Origin: Bacteroidia bacterium
GTDB lineage: Bacteria > Bacteroidota > Bacteroidia > NS11-12g > UBA9320
Assembly: GCA_965216465.1 (NCBI GenBank)
Contig: CBDCFW010000006.1
Span: 192,001-256,000, forward strand
DNA length: 64,000 nt
Direction of reading: 5' to 3'
In this document: positions 61,192 through 64,000 of the stretch, piece by piece
How the letters are laid out: each line of letters opens with the position of its first letter
Position numbering within the stretch: position 1 is the stretch's first letter
Program-made: the position numbers and the translations under genes
The notes under the pieces: model-generated
What the model was told of the DNA's origin: nothing
Databases searched by the model: none
Seen by the model: only the letters and a program-made list of their open reading frames with translations

Positions 61192-62052
61192 ATGAATGAT
61201 TTTTACATCATATTAACAGCGAGTTTAGTGGCAATCAATTGTGCATTGATGGGTAGCTTTTTAGTAATGCGTAGAATGGTAATGCTTGGAGATGCAATCT
61301 CTCATGCCGTATTGCCAGGAATATTTGTGGCTTACCTACTTGCAGGAAGTACCGGCAGCTTACCGATGCTAATTGGAGCAGCATTTAGCGGAATATTAGC
61401 AACGTTACTTATCGAATGGTTTACCAAAAAAGCAAGAATGCAAAGTGATGCAGCCATTGGCGTGTCTTATACATTTTTGTTTGCAGTTGGAATAATTCTA
61501 ATATCCAAGTTTGGCCAAAACGCAGACCTTGACCAGCAATGTGTTCTGTATGGCGAAATTGAATACGTTTCACTTTGGCTCAAACCTATTTTTGGACTAT
61601 TCTACCTTCCCAAACAATCGATAATACTTTTGACTGTTTGTGTGGTTTTAATCGCAGTTGTTATCTGGGGGTTTAAAGGTCTGTTTATAACGACTTTCGA
61701 CCCGAGTTATGCCATCTCCACAGGGGTTGCAGTAACTTTCTGGCACTACTTATTGATGAGCGGGGTCTCGCTTACAACTGTTGTATCTTTTGAGTCAGTT
61801 GGTGCTATTCTAGTTATTGCATTTCTCTCAGGACCTCCTGCAATTGCCTACTTGCTTACTGAAGATTTTAAGAAAATGCTGGTACTGGCTTGTCTCATTG
61901 GAATTTTCTGCTCAGCTGGAGGCTATTATCTCGCAAAATGGCTCGATGTTTCGGTTGCTGGAGCGATCTCAACATTTATTGGAATAGTTTTCGTTGTTGC
62001 ATTTCTATTTACTCAACTGAAAAAACGTAAAGTAGATGTAATTTCTGCCTAA
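61192..62052 (+). CDS. Metal ABC transporter permease (TroD type)
   Basis: GDAISHAVLPG, FDP, FESVGAILV. Confidence 0.95.
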   Translation: MNDFYIILTASLVAINCALMGSFLVMRRMVMLGDAISHAVLPGIFVAYLLAGSTGSLPMLIGAAFSGILATLLIEWFTKKARMQSDAAIGVSYTFLFAVGIILISKFGQNADLDQQCVLYGEIEYVSLWLKPIFGLFYLPKQSIILLTVCVVLIAVVIWGFKGLFITTFDPSYAISTGVAVTFWHYLLMSGVSLTTVVSFESVGAILVIAFLSGPPAIAYLLTEDFKKMLVLACLIGIFCSAGGYYLAKWLDVSVAGAISTFIGIVFVVAFLFTQLKKRKVDVISA

Positions 62053-62129
62053 AATTATTGTCACGAATCTCCAATTGTTCAAAGAAAATCGGCTTATCAA
62101 CGTATCATTGTATTGAGTAATTCTCCCTC

Positions 62130-63998
62130 TTGTTTCGCCTAAAAACCATATTAACAGCAATTGGACTTTTCTTGTGTCAACTTTCATCAGCACAAGATAG
62201 TAGTGCATTTTTTAGTTTTGACCGTCTAGACTTAGATGCGATTAACGCACAAAACTTAAACGATGTGCTCAAGACCATCCCTATGTTAAACACTGTATTT
62301 GTTGATGGATGGGATGCCAACTCTGGCGGAATAGCCATTCAATCAATTAGCCTATATCGTGATGGATTTCCATTAGCGATGGATCAGAACATCTCATTCG
62401 ATTACACTACAATTGGACTTTGGGACATTGAAAGGATTGAAGTTAGTATAACCAAAATCAATACTATAGAAAAAAACAACAATGGTGTAATTATCGAGCT
62501 GTACTCGCAAGAACAAGGCACCGAACCCCTACGTGTTTCGGCCGTGTCTTCAATGACGTCGCTGGTTGACAATTACACCAACGCATCAGTATCTGTAAGC
62601 AATGCTCGACACAATTTAATGATTGGCGGAAATCGTGCATTCACATCGGCATTGGAAAATGAATCATCGCGCGAAGACATCATGGGTGCGAAACTGAGGC
62701 AAGAGCTCAACCTCAGATACAGTTACAACATACTTTCAACTGTAAAACTGAATATACACTCAACCAATGCGTGGCAAACCAATGAAAACAGAGGTGAACA
62801 AATTGAAGGTACAACTCGGGTCATTGACCAAAGTACTAATTTTAGAATGAACACACTATACGGTTCGGTAGTTAGTGCTCTTTCAAAAAACCACAACTTT
62901 GAATTAAAGGGCAAGTTCAATCACTACAGCAACAGTCGAGCTACAATTGACCGCGATCTTCATTCGCAAAGAGAAGAAGTCAGGTCAGGTTTTGCCCCTT
63001 TAGACACTTTAGCGTACAATCAGGTTTTTATGCAACTTGCACTTAAAGGCCAATTGTCGAATTATGGCTATAATGTTGGAATTGACATAAGCAATTTAAG
63101 AGATAGACGCTATCCGAGTATAAATGCAATTCAAACCTCATATTCTGATTATTCTGTTTTTGGACTTTTTAACTACCAATACAAAAAATCATTTCAAGTT
63201 GAGGCTGGAGCTAAATTATTAAGCAATAGTTTAACGGGAAATTTCTTTCTTCCTCAAGCGAAGTTAATTATCGCTCCAAATAATATAATTCAATTAAAGA
63301 GTGCATTCTTGACATCGATTTCTTATCCATTCTTTAACTACACCTTCTATCCTCAGAACATTGCCGGTTTACACGGCAACAACATTTTGCTTGAACCCAT
63401 CAAACTGTCATCGTTCAATCTTCAAATTGATATCAAAAAGAATGACTTTTATTTCAAATCTGGATTCTTAGCCAGCCAACAAAACAACATCCCTAAAATT
63501 AACAATTTCAATGTGCCTATTAATGTGGCTAAAAGCACTAGCAACATGGCGTATTTTGGATTTGAATTTTTACGAAATGAAAGCAAGTATAGACCGAGTT
63601 TTGTATTGCATAGTATCAATCCTTCAAGAGATACCATTAACCAATCCTTCTTCTATCCTGAATTCAATTTACATGTAAGTCATGAATTTAAGAAACTGGG
63701 TGTTAATGCAATCCTGAATTCGAGATGGTTAGGGAAATATAGCAGCTTGCAAGTAAGCAATATTGCAATTCTACATGAATTAGAGACTCAACCTATCGTG
63801 AATTTTGCTGTAGCTAAACAGTTGTTTAAAAACAGGGTGAACTTGATGGCAGGTATTAACGACTTATTGGATGTGAATGTTTTAGAGAGAGCAACATTTG
63901 CCCTAGATGAATTTAATAAAACACTAATTAGAAATTCAAGCGTTTATAATGGTAGAGGCCGCTATTATTTTGTTAGAATTAAAATAGATATTCGATGA
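62130..63998 (+). CDS. Divergent TonB-dependent receptor-like outer-membrane protein
   Basis: Signal peptide; plug-like NLNDVLK.IP, DIERIEV, GVI; C-terminal GRYYF strand. Confidence 0.7.
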   Translation: MFRLKTILTAIGLFLCQLSSAQDSSAFFSFDRLDLDAINAQNLNDVLKTIPMLNTVFVDGWDANSGGIAIQSISLYRDGFPLAMDQNISFDYTTIGLWDIERIEVSITKINTIEKNNNGVIIELYSQEQGTEPLRVSAVSSMTSLVDNYTNASVSVSNARHNLMIGGNRAFTSALENESSREDIMGAKLRQELNLRYSYNILSTVKLNIHSTNAWQTNENRGEQIEGTTRVIDQSTNFRMNTLYGSVVSALSKNHNFELKGKFNHYSNSRATIDRDLHSQREEVRSGFAPLDTLAYNQVFMQLALKGQLSNYGYNVGIDISNLRDRRYPSINAIQTSYSDYSVFGLFNYQYKKSFQVEAGAKLLSNSLTGNFFLPQAKLIIAPNNIIQLKSAFLTSISYPFFNYTFYPQNIAGLHGNNILLEPIKLSSFNLQIDIKKNDFYFKSGFLASQQNNIPKINNFNVPINVAKSTSNMAYFGFEFLRNESKYRPSFVLHSINPSRDTINQSFFYPEFNLHVSHEFKKLGVNAILNSRWLGKYSSLQVSNIAILHELETQPIVNFAVAKQLFKNRVNLMAGINDLLDVNVLERATFALDEFNKTLIRNSSVYNGRGRYYFVRIKIDIR

Positions 63999-64000
63999 GG

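Noticed and set aside
1-64000. Mobile elements, prophage, defence systems, tRNA/rRNA; the many short antisense ORFs in the track
   Set aside because: No integrase, transposase, phage or RNA-gene signatures recognised; the short ORFs lie within well-supported genes and lack motifs

Overview
A compact, AT-rich chromosomal window from a Bacteroidota bacterium, judged from TAnnTTTG -7 promoters, type IX secretion (T9SS) C-terminal domains, PorV- and GldM-like proteins and many lipoproteins. No rRNA, tRNA, CRISPR array, integrase or transposase is visible. Housekeeping genes include proS, sucD, dps, pdhB, trhO, msrAB, sucA, mfd and kynU. The standout region is a ~9.4 kb co-oriented metal (probably copper) locus at 16.9-26.4 kb. 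It encodes three MauG/MbnH-type di-heme enzymes, two WxW-motif MbnP-like proteins (one with a T9SS secretion signal, one a lipoprotein), a Cys-Cys-plug TonB-dependent receptor, HMA, HMBD and MauE proteins. It is split into two modules, each headed by a Cys-rich exported leader ORF. Each leader has an R-P-P motif ending exactly 16 codons before a stop codon that sits inside a hairpin covering the next gene's initiation region, suggesting metal-responsive ribosome-stalling control. Other notable items are a Chlamydia YtgCR-like permease-DtxR fusion, a bacterial iodotyrosine deiodinase, two orphan GldM-tip proteins, a lipoprotein with 12x48-bp Ser/Arg/Pro repeats, and a possible sRNA/small-protein pair. 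All assignments come from motif recognition by eye; no database searches were run.
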